A DNA stretch of 64,000 nucleotides from Mobula birostris (Eukaryota): positions 186,416,005 through 186,480,004 of the forward strand of contig NC_092370.1 of assembly GCF_030028105.1 (NCBI RefSeq), read 5' to 3'. The position numbers and the translations under genes were made by a program. The notes beneath the pieces were generated by a model. That model was not told where the DNA came from. It ran no database searches and saw only the letters and a program-made list of their open reading frames with translations. Shown one piece after another: positions 11,801 through 23,815 of this stretch. Numbering within the stretch: position 1 is the stretch's first letter; every line of letters starts with the position of its first letter.

Positions 11801-13699
11801 AAACTGATCGTATCTGGCTCAGGATTAGAATACTCTTTTCCTTCAGTGAAGATACATGTTCTGAAAACTGGGAATTAAAAATTAATAATTAGTCTTAGGA
11901 ATACCTTGACTGAGGCCTCACAGTCTGACTCCTTGTGCTGGAGAGTTGGCTCCTTGACCCACTGTATCAGGTTCAGGTAGGTCCGGGGGGAAGCTGCAGG
12001 TATCAAGAGTGGGCCAAATTCTGGTTGTTTCCACTTATTCTTTATCTTTCCTCGGTTGGTTTATTCTGTTCATTGTATACCAATTTGTATTTTGCAATAA
12101 TATTTAGTTATATATTTCATTATTTTTGATAACAAATCATTCAATAGAAAATGCAGCAGTTTGATGTTGAGGCACAAAGGGATGATATTTAGTCTTTGCT
12201 ACTTAGATCTGATCTTAGAATTTGACTGATTTTTCATGGATCAGAATCTTGGAAACTAAGTTTATATGTAAATTATTAAATATGAGCTAGCTCAGTCTGT
12301 CAGATTTGTTCCATAAAATTGCGGAAATAAAGCTAAACAAGTGTGTATATAAAATTAATACAGATTAATCTTCATTATATTTGTTATTCACCCTGACTTA
12401 CTATTTGAAGGAAGTTTTGTATAAATTGTACCAATCGTACATTACTAATTTTATTGTACATATTTCACATAAATCATGAATTTACCTATTAATATATTTG
12501 ATAATATTAGGGATGATTTAAATAAATCAGTTGCTTATAAGTATTTTGATACATTTTCAATACTGGCATCTTGTTAAATTGGTGCTTTGTGACTTTATCA
12601 GAATATTTGCAAAATTTCATTTCCATTGTCTTGGGCATTTCTTAATACAACCCACAAAAAAAAAAGAAATTTTATGCATATTATGGTTGTCTCAGTACCC
12701 AATGGAAAATTCAACTGCTAACGTTGGGGCAGGATTTTTGGTTAACCTTGCTGTTTTTCTCCAGCACTAAATTCTCCCAAATTACATCCCAATTTTCAGT
12801 GAAATTTTCACTTTTACTTGTATGACAACAACTGTTATTATTCTTAGAGTCTGGCTTATTTGGAAAGTTAATGCAAAGTGAAGACAATCATAAACTGCCC
12901 TCTCATGCATACTCCTCCTGCATTTACCAGCCTGTCTAAGAACCTTGCAACCGCTAAACCCACACTCTTCCATTCATGCAACATCTACAGTATTTATTTA
13001 GTTCCAAAATTCTCATATGGCTAGAAGAATATTGTTTGTGTTACGATGTGTCACTTTAAAAGTTACCTGCAGCAATCACATGTGCTGGGTTATCCCCTGA
13101 GAACCATGATAACTTGTAACACATCAGTAGAAGCATTGTGCTGAAATTGACACTGCCGCAGGGAAATCTGAGAAATTCTGTTTTATGAACCTTGCTGATG
13201 AAGTTCTTTCTGTGTATTCAGACAGTGTTAGGGTGACCTACAATGCTATTTTAATACTATAAAGATGTAGTAAAACAGTTTCTGGCTCATAAGTCTTCCA
13301 GAATTCTCATGTGAATATTCTACAAAATGTCCTTGTAAGTTACTACCATGTTGCTTTTTCAAATGCACATTCATCTGTCTTTTTGTTTAAATTTCTTCAA
13401 TTTAATTTTGATCCCTCCTACATCAAAATAGGTCTACCCAAACTCACAAATAATAACCTTAGTAACTGACTAGATGAATAGATGAATGATCTAATTCATC
13501 CACATTGATCTCTTTGTTGACTTTGAAACAATTGACAGCAGCATTTCTCCTCCAATGTTCTCACAAATCTGCTCAGCTATCCAATTGTAACTAGTCTATT
13601 TCCATTGCACCTGAATGTTAATCTGCCGGTGTTATTTGAGATGCAGTATGCATCAGCTGATCATTGGTAAGGTTGATGTCTTCATTCTTAACAACAAAT

Positions 13700-14250
13700 C
13701 CCATGCTTTCAGAACTGGTTTATTTCCCCCTCCTGACTAATAACATTGAGATGGACTAGATTCTTGCAGCTTCAATACCTGAGTCAACAATGTTTTGATA
13801 TTCAGATAGAATATCACAGTCTTTACTGACACTTACTTGATCCTAAGTGCATTCTGACCTCCATTCCATATCTATTCCTGAAACCTTCATTGCACCCATT
13901 CTCATCTATTGTAATGGTCTGCCATTTTGTGTGCATCTCACATTAATTCAGTGAAAGAACTGCTATCCATGTGTTACCTTTATACCAAGTCCTGGTCATT
14001 TGTCCTGGTTAATGAAGTTACTGATCACTTCAAGTTTAACATCCTTATCCTGAAATTTTTATTTGTGCACATTTGTTTCTCTCTTTTATAACCGTCCACT
14101 CATGTTTACACTGCTCTTGCGTGTCATCCCTTCTTTAATCCTAGCTTTATTGGTTAGACCTTTACCCAGCTAAATCTTGCCATTCCAAACCAAATGCTTT
14201 TCTTTTTCCATCATTCTCTCTATTAAGAATTCCCTTTCCTGAAATTAAAC
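13700..14250 (+). mobile_element. Highly degraded L2-like LINE 3' region
   Basis: Weak resemblance to the L2 ETLIHAF..SRLDYCN region near 13875-13925. Confidence 0.4.
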
Positions 14251-14689
14251 TCAGTGGCTAACCTTTTAGTCACTCTTGTTAATAATTCTAATTTCTGGCA
14301 TGCTTTTTTTTCCCATAGTACTCATTAGTGAAAAACTAGTGACATTTGCTTTCAAATGCTGACCATTGTTTTAATAATTCTATTCTCAGGATTTTATTTA
14401 TATTGGTGGTAGAGAGTGCTGATTTGGAAGTGCATTTTGTACATAGCACACATCTCTGCTGTGAACAGCTGATGGAGAGAATGAATCATCAGGGTTGTGA
14501 AAAGGGTGCCACTTTGATGGGATGCTTTATCTTAGATGAGCTTATTATGGAAGAAAGAAAGTCATTAGTAAAGCATCTAAAGGGCTTGGACATGGCTCCT
14601 GTAATGATCTCCTATGGCTAAGATGACTGGTTTCCACTGAGCACAACCACAACCACAACCAATAGTCTGAAGGCCGAAGGTGGAATCTG

Positions 14690-14835
14690 AGACAAAAATT
14701 AAATATCTGGAATAACTCAGCGAGTCAAGTAGTGGGTCTGTGAAGGGTACTGATTCAATTTTTGACTTGAAGTGTCCTCTTACACTTTTTGCCATCTAAG
14801 ATGCTACCTGCTGAGCTCTTCCTACATTCTTTTTC
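14690..14835. mobile_element. Degraded Penelope pLTR fold-back
   Basis: AAATATCTGGAATAACTCAGCGAGTCA ... AGATGCTACCTGCTGAGCTCTTCCTACATT. Confidence 0.55.
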
Positions 14836-15109
14836 TATATCTACCACAACCAGCTTCCTCTATATGAGCTTTGACTCCAAATATTTCAATTTGATGCCCA
14901 TTTACTTCCACTTTGGCTCTAAGTAAGTGCTTTTTGATTGCATCAGCACCAAAACCTTCCACCATTTTGCTGGTGCTTGAAATAGACTGATCATATACTA
15001 ATTAACCAATTTGTATTTGTCACACTTAACTGTGATTGAAATAGAATTATATGATCCTATGAATAGAATATACACAGGCTTCCTTCTGCATTGTCAGCTA
15101 GATGCCAGT

Positions 15110-15386
15110 AGGCATCCGTTAGTCTTGCGAGACCATGGATCTGCGCCTGGAAAGTCTTCACTCTCCAGGGTGCAGGCCTGGGCAAGGTTGTATGGAAGAC
15201 CAGCAGTTGCCCATGCTGCAAGTCTCCCCTCTCCATGACGCCAATGGGTACAGCTTGGCACCAGTGTCGTTGCAGAGCAATGTGTGATTAAGTGCCTTGC
15301 TCAACACTTTACCTCGGCTGGGGCTCGAACTCATGACCTTCAGGTCGCCAGTCCAATGCCTTAACCACTTGGCCACAAGCCGACAC
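15110..15386 (-). mobile_element. tRNA-derived CORE-like SINE with RTE-type tail
   Basis: The minus strand has box A TGGCCAAGTGG, box B GTTCGAGCC and tail CCATGGTCTCGCAAGACTAACGGATGCCT. TSD TGCCAGT at 15103-15109 and 15388-15394. Same family as 29545-29855. Confidence 0.85.
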
Positions 15387-16424
15387 GTGCCAGTGTTGTA
15401 ACTATATCTGGATTAGCATAGTTGGAGGTTTGGCTAATTCTAGAGTGCATGTATTCAGTATTATGACTAGGATGCAGACTTGTTCCATTGTTTTTGCTTT
15501 ATCCAGCTATTTCTTGATAACCACTTAGAGTGAATGAAATTGGCTGAAGATATAACAGGCAGAAATCAATATGGATTATCCACTTGGCCCTTCTAGCTGA
15601 ACATAGTTGTGAATGCTTCAGTCATGTTCTTTCACAGTCATCTGATGGGCTCAATTATAATGGATGATTGTTTTTGTTCTACCAGTTAGCTCATTAATTG
15701 TCAGCTACCATTCATATGTATTTAACCCATTTGCTCAGCAGGACATCCTTAAAGCTGTTCTACCCATTTAATTTAGATATTAATTGAGTATTCTTTCCAA
15801 AACCATTTGCCTTATTTATTTCTTAATTTCTAGAAATTTGACTTTTGAGTGTTGGTACCAGGTTCATGGTCCTCATAACTGATGATTCACAGGGATTTTA
15901 TAATTTCTACCTATGTACCTTGCCTGGGTCATTATAAAGATGACAACTCAGGATGAATGTTACCTTTCATGATTTTCTTTATACATCCAGAGGCACTTAG
16001 ATTTTTGTTTCAGTTAGTATTTAGTCAATTGAAGTCCACATTAAGATTCTGTTAGATACCTTTGTGCCTGCTAAGTTATTCCTCAGGCTGCCACAGTCAT
16101 CTGTAGCACATCGATCACTCAACAAATCTGAAGTACTTCTACCTTTAGATTTGCATTCAAATTGGTGTAGGTCACTCAGTCCCATATGTCTGTTCTCCCA
16201 TTCATTTAGATCACAATTTATTTGTATCGTAATTCCAGTTAGCTATTTTCATCCCACGCATCTTAATATCCTATATCTAAAAATATATCAGTCTTGATAC
16301 TGAAATTTTAAATTAGCATAGGTTTGGTAGGTTTAGTTTAGATGAAATAGTTCCAACTTTCTTTTAACCTATGTGAGCTAAATGGCCAAGTCAACATTCT
16401 TACATTTTGGGAACTCTTATCAAA

Positions 16425-16525
16425 GGAACAGTGGAAGCAGATACAATTTTGATATTCAATGGACATAGATAGGCACAGGAATATGCAGGGAATTGAGGGA
16501 TATAGATCAAGGCAGAATAGGTTAG
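16425..16525 (+). mobile_element. CR1 3' end, first part (split by the Rex1-type insertion; continues at 18590-18668)
   Basis: GTGGAAGCAGATACAATT...GAGGGATATAGATC, with the tail GGCACAGACATATTGGGCTGATGAGCCTATTCCTGTGCTGTACTGTTCT resuming near 18600. Confidence 0.65.
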
Positions 16526-18590
16526 TTCAAGTTTATTGTCATACCCAAGGTATAAATGCCACAAAAATTAGAATATGTTATAAACATGACAAACGTGCAA
16601 CACATAAACTTAATTAACATAAATTATTCATGATCTACAGAACAAAATTTAAAAAAAAAACACGCTGGCATTAGTGAAAGCTGAGGGAAATATTGTCCAA
16701 GGAAAAGTTGGGATTTTGTGGGGTAGTACTGATGGCAGTGGGGGAAAAATCTGTTTTTGAACCTTAAGATAAGGGTATTGAGAGTCCTAAACATCCTATC
16801 TGATGGCAACAATGAGAAGAGGGCGTGGCCCAGCTAGTAGGGGTCCTTAATGATGGATGTTGTCTTCCTGGGATATCACCTAATATACATGTCCTCAGTG
16901 GTAGGCAGAGCTATAACCATGATGGAACTGACTGAGTCCCCATTCTCTGTAGCCCCTTGCATTTCTCTGCATTGGAATTTCTATATCAGACTACAATGCA
17001 ACAAGTCAGAGTGCTTTTCTCTATACATCCATAGAGGTTTGTCCATATACGATGATACACTAAACCTTCTTATACTGGTGCACTTTCTTTGTGGTTGAAT
17101 CCATGATCTTGGCCCAGGATGTTGATACCCAACAACATGAAGCTGATTCTGCCAACAACAGTGGTGTCATTGGCAATTTTGTGGATGGCATTGGAAGTAT
17201 ACTTAGCCACTCAGTTGTAGGTATAGAGTAGAACAGGGGTCGAAGCACAGAGCCCTAGGAGGTTCGCCTGTGTTGATGGTTAGTGAGGAGGAGGTGAGGG
17301 TTCTGATGCATGCTGACTGCGGTCTCCCAGTGAGGAAATCAGCAATCCAATTGCAGAGGGAGGTATATGGACCCAGGACTTGGAGCTTGATTATAAATTG
17401 TGTGGAGATGATGGTGTTGAACGCTGAACAGTAGTCAATGAACAGTGACCTGATGTATGTATTCTGGTTGTCAAGGTCTAGTTATAGATCTATTGTGATT
17501 GGCGAATTGAAACAGTCCAGGTTGTTGCTGAGGCAGGAGTTGATCAGAGCCATAGCCAAACACTCGAAGCACTCTTGTTGCAATAGACTTAAGGACTACT
17601 GTTTAGTGGTCATTAAAGAAGGTCACTCTGCTCTTTTTGGACACCAGTACAATTGATGCCATCTTGAAGCAGTATCCAGTGTATGCTCTTTCTCCACCTT
17701 TGTCCATACCTTCATCATGCTCTCTTCTGGCGCTTCACTCTTCAGTCTCTGCAGAAAGCAGAAGTACAGCCAGGTGGCCAGATTTCCCAAAGTGCAGTTA
17801 TGAGATTGCTCAATAAGCACATTTGGTGATGGTTTAATAGTGGTCGAGTATCTTGGGCCCTATGGTATTGCAGGTGAACTGCTGGTAGTAGTTTGACAGA
17901 GGTTTCTGTAAGCTCACATGATGTTTGTTTCTTCTGCTTGCAATGATGGGGAAAGCATCAGACTGTGCTGTTTTGTGCATGTTAATCACAACACTCAATT
18001 CTTCCATTGCCACCTTAATGTCTGCCTGGTGTGGGATGTAGACTGCAACCAGCATAATGGTGGATGGTATGGATGACACTTGACTGCTAGGTGTTCCAGA
18101 TCAGGAGAGAGAGAACTGCCACATTGAAAGACTACAATAAACACCATTGAAAATGCCTTTTCAGATGCCATCATCCAATCCATACAATGGATGGTGAAAC
18201 ACTTTGGCTGGAGTACCATTTTCAGAGAGCAGGGAGTGAGCTATGTGAAATAAACCTCACAATAGTCTCTTTTGTCTCTCTGATAGTGGAGTCTTGCAGG
18301 AGGTCCTCCATCTAATTTCTGACAACTTCTAGGAGGATGCTAGGGAGATAGTGTTTCAAGCCCTGATGATTTATTCCTACTTGAAATCCTCCCCAGCATC
18401 TATGTTCTCACACAGCGGAAGTCTCTCCAGTACTTCCAGGTCTGAACTCGCTTGTGTCTTTTCTGTTGAGTTTGTTGGGTAAGTCCAGTGTTCTAAGATC
18501 AGTAATGCATTTTGTTCATTATGCATTCTTTATTGCCACAGAATTCAGCTTTACACATTTCCACAAAGTTTCCATGCTCCAGCGACATCA
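16526..18590 (-). mobile_element. Rex1/Babar-clade LINE, near full span with internal deletions
   Basis: Endonuclease remnant ORF 17834-18079 (VAVYIPHQAD...TCNTIGPKILDHY), RT remnant near 17060-17500, and C-terminus LPSDRMFRTL...RFKNRFFP (ORF 16624-16812). Confidence 0.85.
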
Positions 18591-19607
18591 TTTGGCATTA
18601 TGCTTGGCACAGACATATTGGGCTGATGAGCCTATTCCTGTGCTGTACTGTTCTGTGCTTTATGTTTGATGTATAATTTCTCTCAAATTAACCTAACAAA
18701 TTCTTGAATTGCCTAAAAAGTTTGAATGATGTTATTTTTTAATATTAAAGTCAATACAAGCTCAGTTAATGAAATCTTCAGTTCAATTTAATCTAACTTT
18801 TCATCCAATTATCATTCTTGTTAATTTAAGCTGTACTCATCTAAGATTAATAATGTTCCTGAGCTAAAGGTCCCCAGTTCTTAGTGTGGTATTTAAGTTG
18901 GGGTCCATGAAGAGATTTGAAAAGAATTACTTTATGCTTTGTTTCATTTAATTTGCAACCCCTGTTTATTATTATAAAAGTAGCATTGGCTTTAATACTT
19001 ATCTGTAGGAAACAGCACCTTTTACTGCCACCACTGCTTTCTTTTAGATACTGGTTAGTTTGGTATTAATTCTGACTCTCCTATAAATTCCCCACACCTA
19101 GTATTGCCTTTAAATATATCATGCAATATTTTGTTGAATAGCACTGAAACTCAAATTATATCAATTCCACCATTCATACTATATATATTGATTGAGTTAC
19201 TCAAATAAATGCCTTTAAGAAATCATGCTTTCATTTGTTAGAATGAGAGACTTTTCTAAATGCAATTAATTTTGTTAATGTCTCTCAAAGTTTTCTCTAA
19301 TTCTGACAATACATTGACTTTCTTGTCACTGCAAGGTTCATCCTTCCAATTTTTAATCGATCCGTCCCACTGGACTATACTCCTGCAATAATTCTGATCT
19401 CCCAACTGCCACCAACCCAATGATTAGCTTTTGCGATTCCTTCCTCCTTTGATGTTGCTTCTGATCCTTCGTCATGCCTGTCTCATAACACCTACTTCTC
19501 CGATTTCTTCCTTCTTCCAATGGTCCTCCAGATCTTGGTTTTAAACCATCCACCACAAGCTGACTTTCATTTCTGTAAATTCCCTTCCCCTTCCATTCTT
19601 TCAACTT

Positions 19608-19671
19608 AACAACCACAGGTCCAAGTTGCTCTGTGGCTGGCCAACTTTGTTAGTCTTTTGAGGAGTGTGCT
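19608..19671 (+). repeat. 64-bp direct repeat, left copy (flanks ERV remnant)
   Basis: 58/64 ungapped identity to 21276-21339. Confidence 0.95.
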
Positions 19672-20660
19672 TATAACTCCCTTATGCTAACATCATTTGG
19701 CTCCTGGTTCTTTGGAAAACAACTTAACCTTAGCAGTGGAATTGTTCAGATGGCCCCAACATCCCCAGATCATCTAAGAAATAATGAGGAGAAGCAAATG
19801 AAGGGATCACTGAATGATATTGGGGGCCTAATTCTACATGGAATAAGTGTTTCATGGGTTGGTGGTTCCCTGAATATAATTTGATAAAAGTGAGACCCCC
19901 TGCATTGTATTTATCCCACAGCCATTTAATCAGTACTGGTGTAAGAGGGAAGATGGAAGTCAGTTCATGGGCCAGAGTAAGTGTGGTAACCGAAGTACTG
20001 AATGAACGGCTGGTAAAAGTGCTTTGCAACGGGTGCCTTGGGCATTAAATGGCACATACTAGCTATGCAGCGACTGAACTTATCTATGGCTTCCTTGGAG
20101 TTGGAAGAGCAGTTATTTTTCGAATATGTGGTACCCTTCATGCATCATAATATGTGATTTGAGACATGAACAACATCATATAAACAGCACATCACTGAAG
20201 TTGAAAGGTTCTCTCAATATGGGACAGGAAAAGCTGCTCGAGAATTGACTTTCATCCTTTCACCCTTGAGAAATTGTTAAATGACACAGCTGACTCCATG
20301 GATGAGGCACAACAGGCAATTTCTGAAATATTTGGCAGAGTTAGTGGCAGTACGACCAGTAGCTCTGAAAAACCAAATGGCCCTAGACTTTATATGAGTT
20401 GAAAAAGGGTGTACATGTGCTGTAATTGAGCAAGAATGTTGCACCTGTATACGAATCTGAAAATATAACTCACTTGACGAATCATATCTGCGAGGCTGCA
20501 GATAGAATTAGGGGAGAGCAGTTCCACAATTATAATCCCCTGCTCCCCCAGGAATCCTGAGGCCATTTAGAATGCTGGAAGGATGGTGGGCTACTGTTTT
20601 ATGTTATGAAATAAACATTGGGGTAATAATAATGACAAATAGCCCAATTAATTCTGGTGC
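19672..20660 (+). pseudogene. env: Endogenous retrovirus env remnant (gamma-type SU C-terminus and TM), multiply disrupted
   Basis: 20335-20451 reads AELVAVRPVALKNQMALDFI*VEKGCTCAVIEQECCTCI, which is an immunosuppressive-domain-like L(Q/K)NxxALD plus CX6CC. Upstream are the heptad-like LEKLLNDTADSMDEAQQAISEI and the SU-like ALNGTY*LC...YLWLPWSW. Confidence 0.9.
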
Positions 20661-20841
20661 TTAGTAGCGCGTCCGAGAAGGAGGGAATATTAGGATTTTG
20701 CGTACTCTTTGGTAATGGATGGGGTAAATGGTAAAAGAAAGCCCTGAAATCTGAATCATTATAGCCTTAAAGACATAATTTGCTTTGTAAATCCTTATAA
20801 TACTGAATGTATGTTGTTATGGGATGACAAAAAGGAGGGAA

Positions 20842-21276
20842 TGTGGAAATATGTATTGAACTTTGTATTTTTTTGTAACCAGTTGATGTGACAAATTGGG
20901 GTAGAGAATCCAAGAGTGCTAAGCTAACATGTTGCACGTGACTACAAGAAATGTGCTTATCAAGGAGTATGTGACTGCAAGTATCCAATGTACAGAGCAT
21001 TTGCAAGAATAAGGAAGTAGCAGAGATGAGAACTGCAGAAAGCAGACTATAACAAATGTATCTGAAGGACTGAGCTTGCTGGAAATGGTAACCTTGTCTC
21101 GTTCTTATGTATAAAAGAAACGCTTTGTAAATGGTGTGTTGGAAGGCCCCTATCATCCCTGCTGGGAGTGGAGGTGAACTTTCCCCTCGCAATTAATAAA
21201 GAATAAAGGCACATGATGAAGATCTACTCAGTGTTGGTATTGTGTTTTGAGAGACTTAGTGGAGAGATACTCGACA
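20842..21276 (+). mobile_element. ERV 3' LTR (about 435 bp)
   Basis: Preceded by PPT AAAAAGGAGGGAA (20829-20841). TGT...ACA termini, TATAAAA at 21110-21116, AATAAA at 21195 and 21202. Confidence 0.8.
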
Positions 21277-21339
21277 ACAACCACAGGTCCAAGTTGCTCT
21301 TTGGCTGACCAACCATGTTAGCCTTTTGAGGAATGTGCT
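21276..21339 (+). repeat. 64-bp direct repeat, right copy
   Basis: 58/64 ungapped identity to 19608-19671; begins at the LTR terminal A. Confidence 0.95.
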
Positions 21340-21702
21340 AGGTGGCACAGTTTTGATAATTAAAGTGCACGAGGTCTCAGGCTATGCACACAAATATACC
21401 CATTTTCAATGAAGGGAGAGCCCGGCATAAAATGCAGAAGAAAAAGCTGAAACATTTGCACGAACTTTTAACCAAAAATGCCTTGTGACTGATCCATTTC
21501 AACCTCCTCTAGCAGTGGCCGATGTGGTAGATGCCTGTCTTCAATCAATTTAATCTACTCCATATGATAATAAATAATGGCTAAAGCCACTGGATGCAAC
21601 CAAGATTCAGGGCCCTGACAACATTCTGGCAATAATACTTAAGACTTGTGCTCCAGAACTTGCTATGCCCTTGGCCAAGCTGTTTCAGTAGACCTACAAG
21701 AC

Positions 21703-22950
21703 TCAAAGTTGAAAGTACTTTTTATTATCAAATTATGTATGCTATATATAACCTTGAAACATAGAAAACATACAGCACAATACAGGCCCTTCGGCCCACA
21801 ATGCTGTGCCGAACATGTACATACTTAGAAATTACCTAAGTTTACCCATAGTCCTCTATTTTTCTAAGCTCCATGTGCTTATCCAGGAGTCTCTTAAAAG
21901 ACCCTATCATATCTGCCTCCACCACCGTCGCTGGCAGCCCATTCCATGCATTCACCACTCTCTGCGTAAAAAAAATTACCGCTGATATCTCCTCTGTACC
22001 TACTTCCAAGCAGTTTAAAACTGTGCCCTCTTGTGTTAGCCATTTCAGCCCTGGGAAAAAACCTCTGACTATCCACACGATCAGTGCCTCTCATCATTTT
22101 GTACACTTGAGATTCATCTTCTTGTAGACAGCCATAAAACAAAGAAACACAATAGAACTCATTAAAATTCTCATACAACAAGGACCGTCAAACATCCAAT
22201 GTGCAAAAAGAAGTCATACAAACAATAAAAAGTTAACAACACACAGCACATGAACTGCAGTATCCCCAAAAGTGAGTTCACAGCCACAGAGCTAGTTCAG
22301 CTTTGCAGGGCACAGTCATGGAGGTAGTCAGTGCTGAGGTGAGTGAAGCTGGCCCAGGAGCCTGATAGCTGCAGGGCTAAGCCATGGGGCCAGTTTAATA
22401 CTGAGGCGAGTGCTGATGGTTGTGGGCTTCAGGTGCAGAGTCAATTCAGTGTTGAGGTTAGTAAACCTCGCAAAGTAGTGAACTGAAGACCAGTTCATCC
22501 TTCACCCTCGGCTATGATTCCTTGGTCTTTGTAATCTGGCACAGTACATAAAATGGCTAATCGTTGGTTTATTTTTCTCTTTTGGGTTCTGGGCCCAGGC
22601 CCACTGCTTTGATCCTGCCCCAAGTCCACTCCAGCAATAGCCAAACATAGGTTCATTTTTTGCTCTTGGGCCATGGCTCCAACCACTCCAATCCAGCCCC
22701 AAATCCACTCCAGCAATTGCCGCTGCAGCCGTACCTGCCTTCTCGAGAGTCCAGTTTGATGAATCCTTCAGAATACTGCAAAGATGCCTGTTTGTACAGA
22801 CAGCTGAAAAGCACAACTCCCAAAGAGAAATTACAGGCTGTGGATTGCAGTGGTTGTAGTCCAGAAAAAGTGTAATTGATAGAATAATTAGTAGTTTAGT
22901 TTACTGCCTGTAAGGCATCGCCATGTCTCGCCAGCTCCAGCTTCATTCCA
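21703..22950 (-). mobile_element. Non-autonomous Rex1/Babar-tail element (no coding remnant seen), nested in the LINE above
   Basis: Reverse tail CAAAGTTGAAAGTACTTTTTATTATCAAA...GAGATTCATCTTCTTG, shared with 33000, 43600 and 56403. The body contains degenerate internal repeats. Confidence 0.65.
21758..22105 (-). mobile_element. CR1 3' fragment nested in the Rex1-tail element
   Basis: ORFs 21842-22078 and 21894-22181 (FFTQRVVNAWNGLP; TRGHSFKL). CTTGA is duplicated at 21753-21757 and 22106-22110. Confidence 0.9.
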
Positions 22951-23489
22951 GGTGTCAGGTTCACTTCTGGCATCTAATTGACAATATAGAATGTTGACGA
23001 AGTATGTTATGTACAAAAACAGGACAAATCTAAACCAGTCATATTTGTGTAATCTTAATCATCAGGGATAATAGTGCTATCAAGTGGTACTTGCTTCACA
23101 ACAGCCTGCTCATTCAACTCCTTCCTCATTATAGCCTCGGTTTAAACATAGACAAAAGAACTGAATTATAGAGATGAAGTGAGAGTAACTGCCCTTGACA
23201 GTAAGGCAGCATTTGATTGAGTATGGATCAAGGAGCTGTAGCTAAACAAGTCTGTGGGAATCGGGGTGGAAAACCTTCTGCTTGTTGGAATTATACCAAG
23301 CATAAAGAAAAATAGTTGTGGTGGTTGGAAATCAATCACCTGGGTCACAGGACATCTTTGCAGGAATTCCTCAGGGTAGTGTCCGAAGCAAAACCAACAT
23401 CAGCTTTTTCATCAACAGTTTTTCTTCAAATTTAAAGTCAGTGGTAAGATTGTTTGCTGGTGATTGCGTAATGTTCAGCACCATGCGTG

Positions 23490-23815
23490 ACTTACAGAGC
23501 TATACTGATAGAAAACAGGCTATTTGGTCCAATGTCCGTGCCCACCAAGTTACCTCACTGAGCTAGCCCCACTTGCCTGTGTTTGACCCTTATTCCTCTG
23601 AACCTTACCTATCCACGTACCTGCCCAATATCTTTTAAATATTATAGTTGTACTTGCGACTATCACTTTCGCTGGAAGCTTGTTCCATAAGCTCAACACC
23701 GTCTGTGTGAAAAAGTTGCACCTCATTCCTTTTTAAAATGTCTCCTTTCTCACTTTAAACCTATGCCCTTTCATATTGGACTTCCCATTCTGGGGAAACA
23801 TTGTGGCTATTTACC
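23490..23815 (-). mobile_element. CR1 3' fragment
   Basis: Reverse tail AGAAAACAGGCTATTTGGTCCA...; CTGTGTGAAAAAG is the antisense of FFTQ, and TTAAACCTATGCCC the antisense of GHRF. Confidence 0.75.

Noticed and set aside
20767-21192. 141-aa minus-strand ORF
   Set aside because: It lies antisense across the ERV LTR and shows no protein similarity I can recognise.
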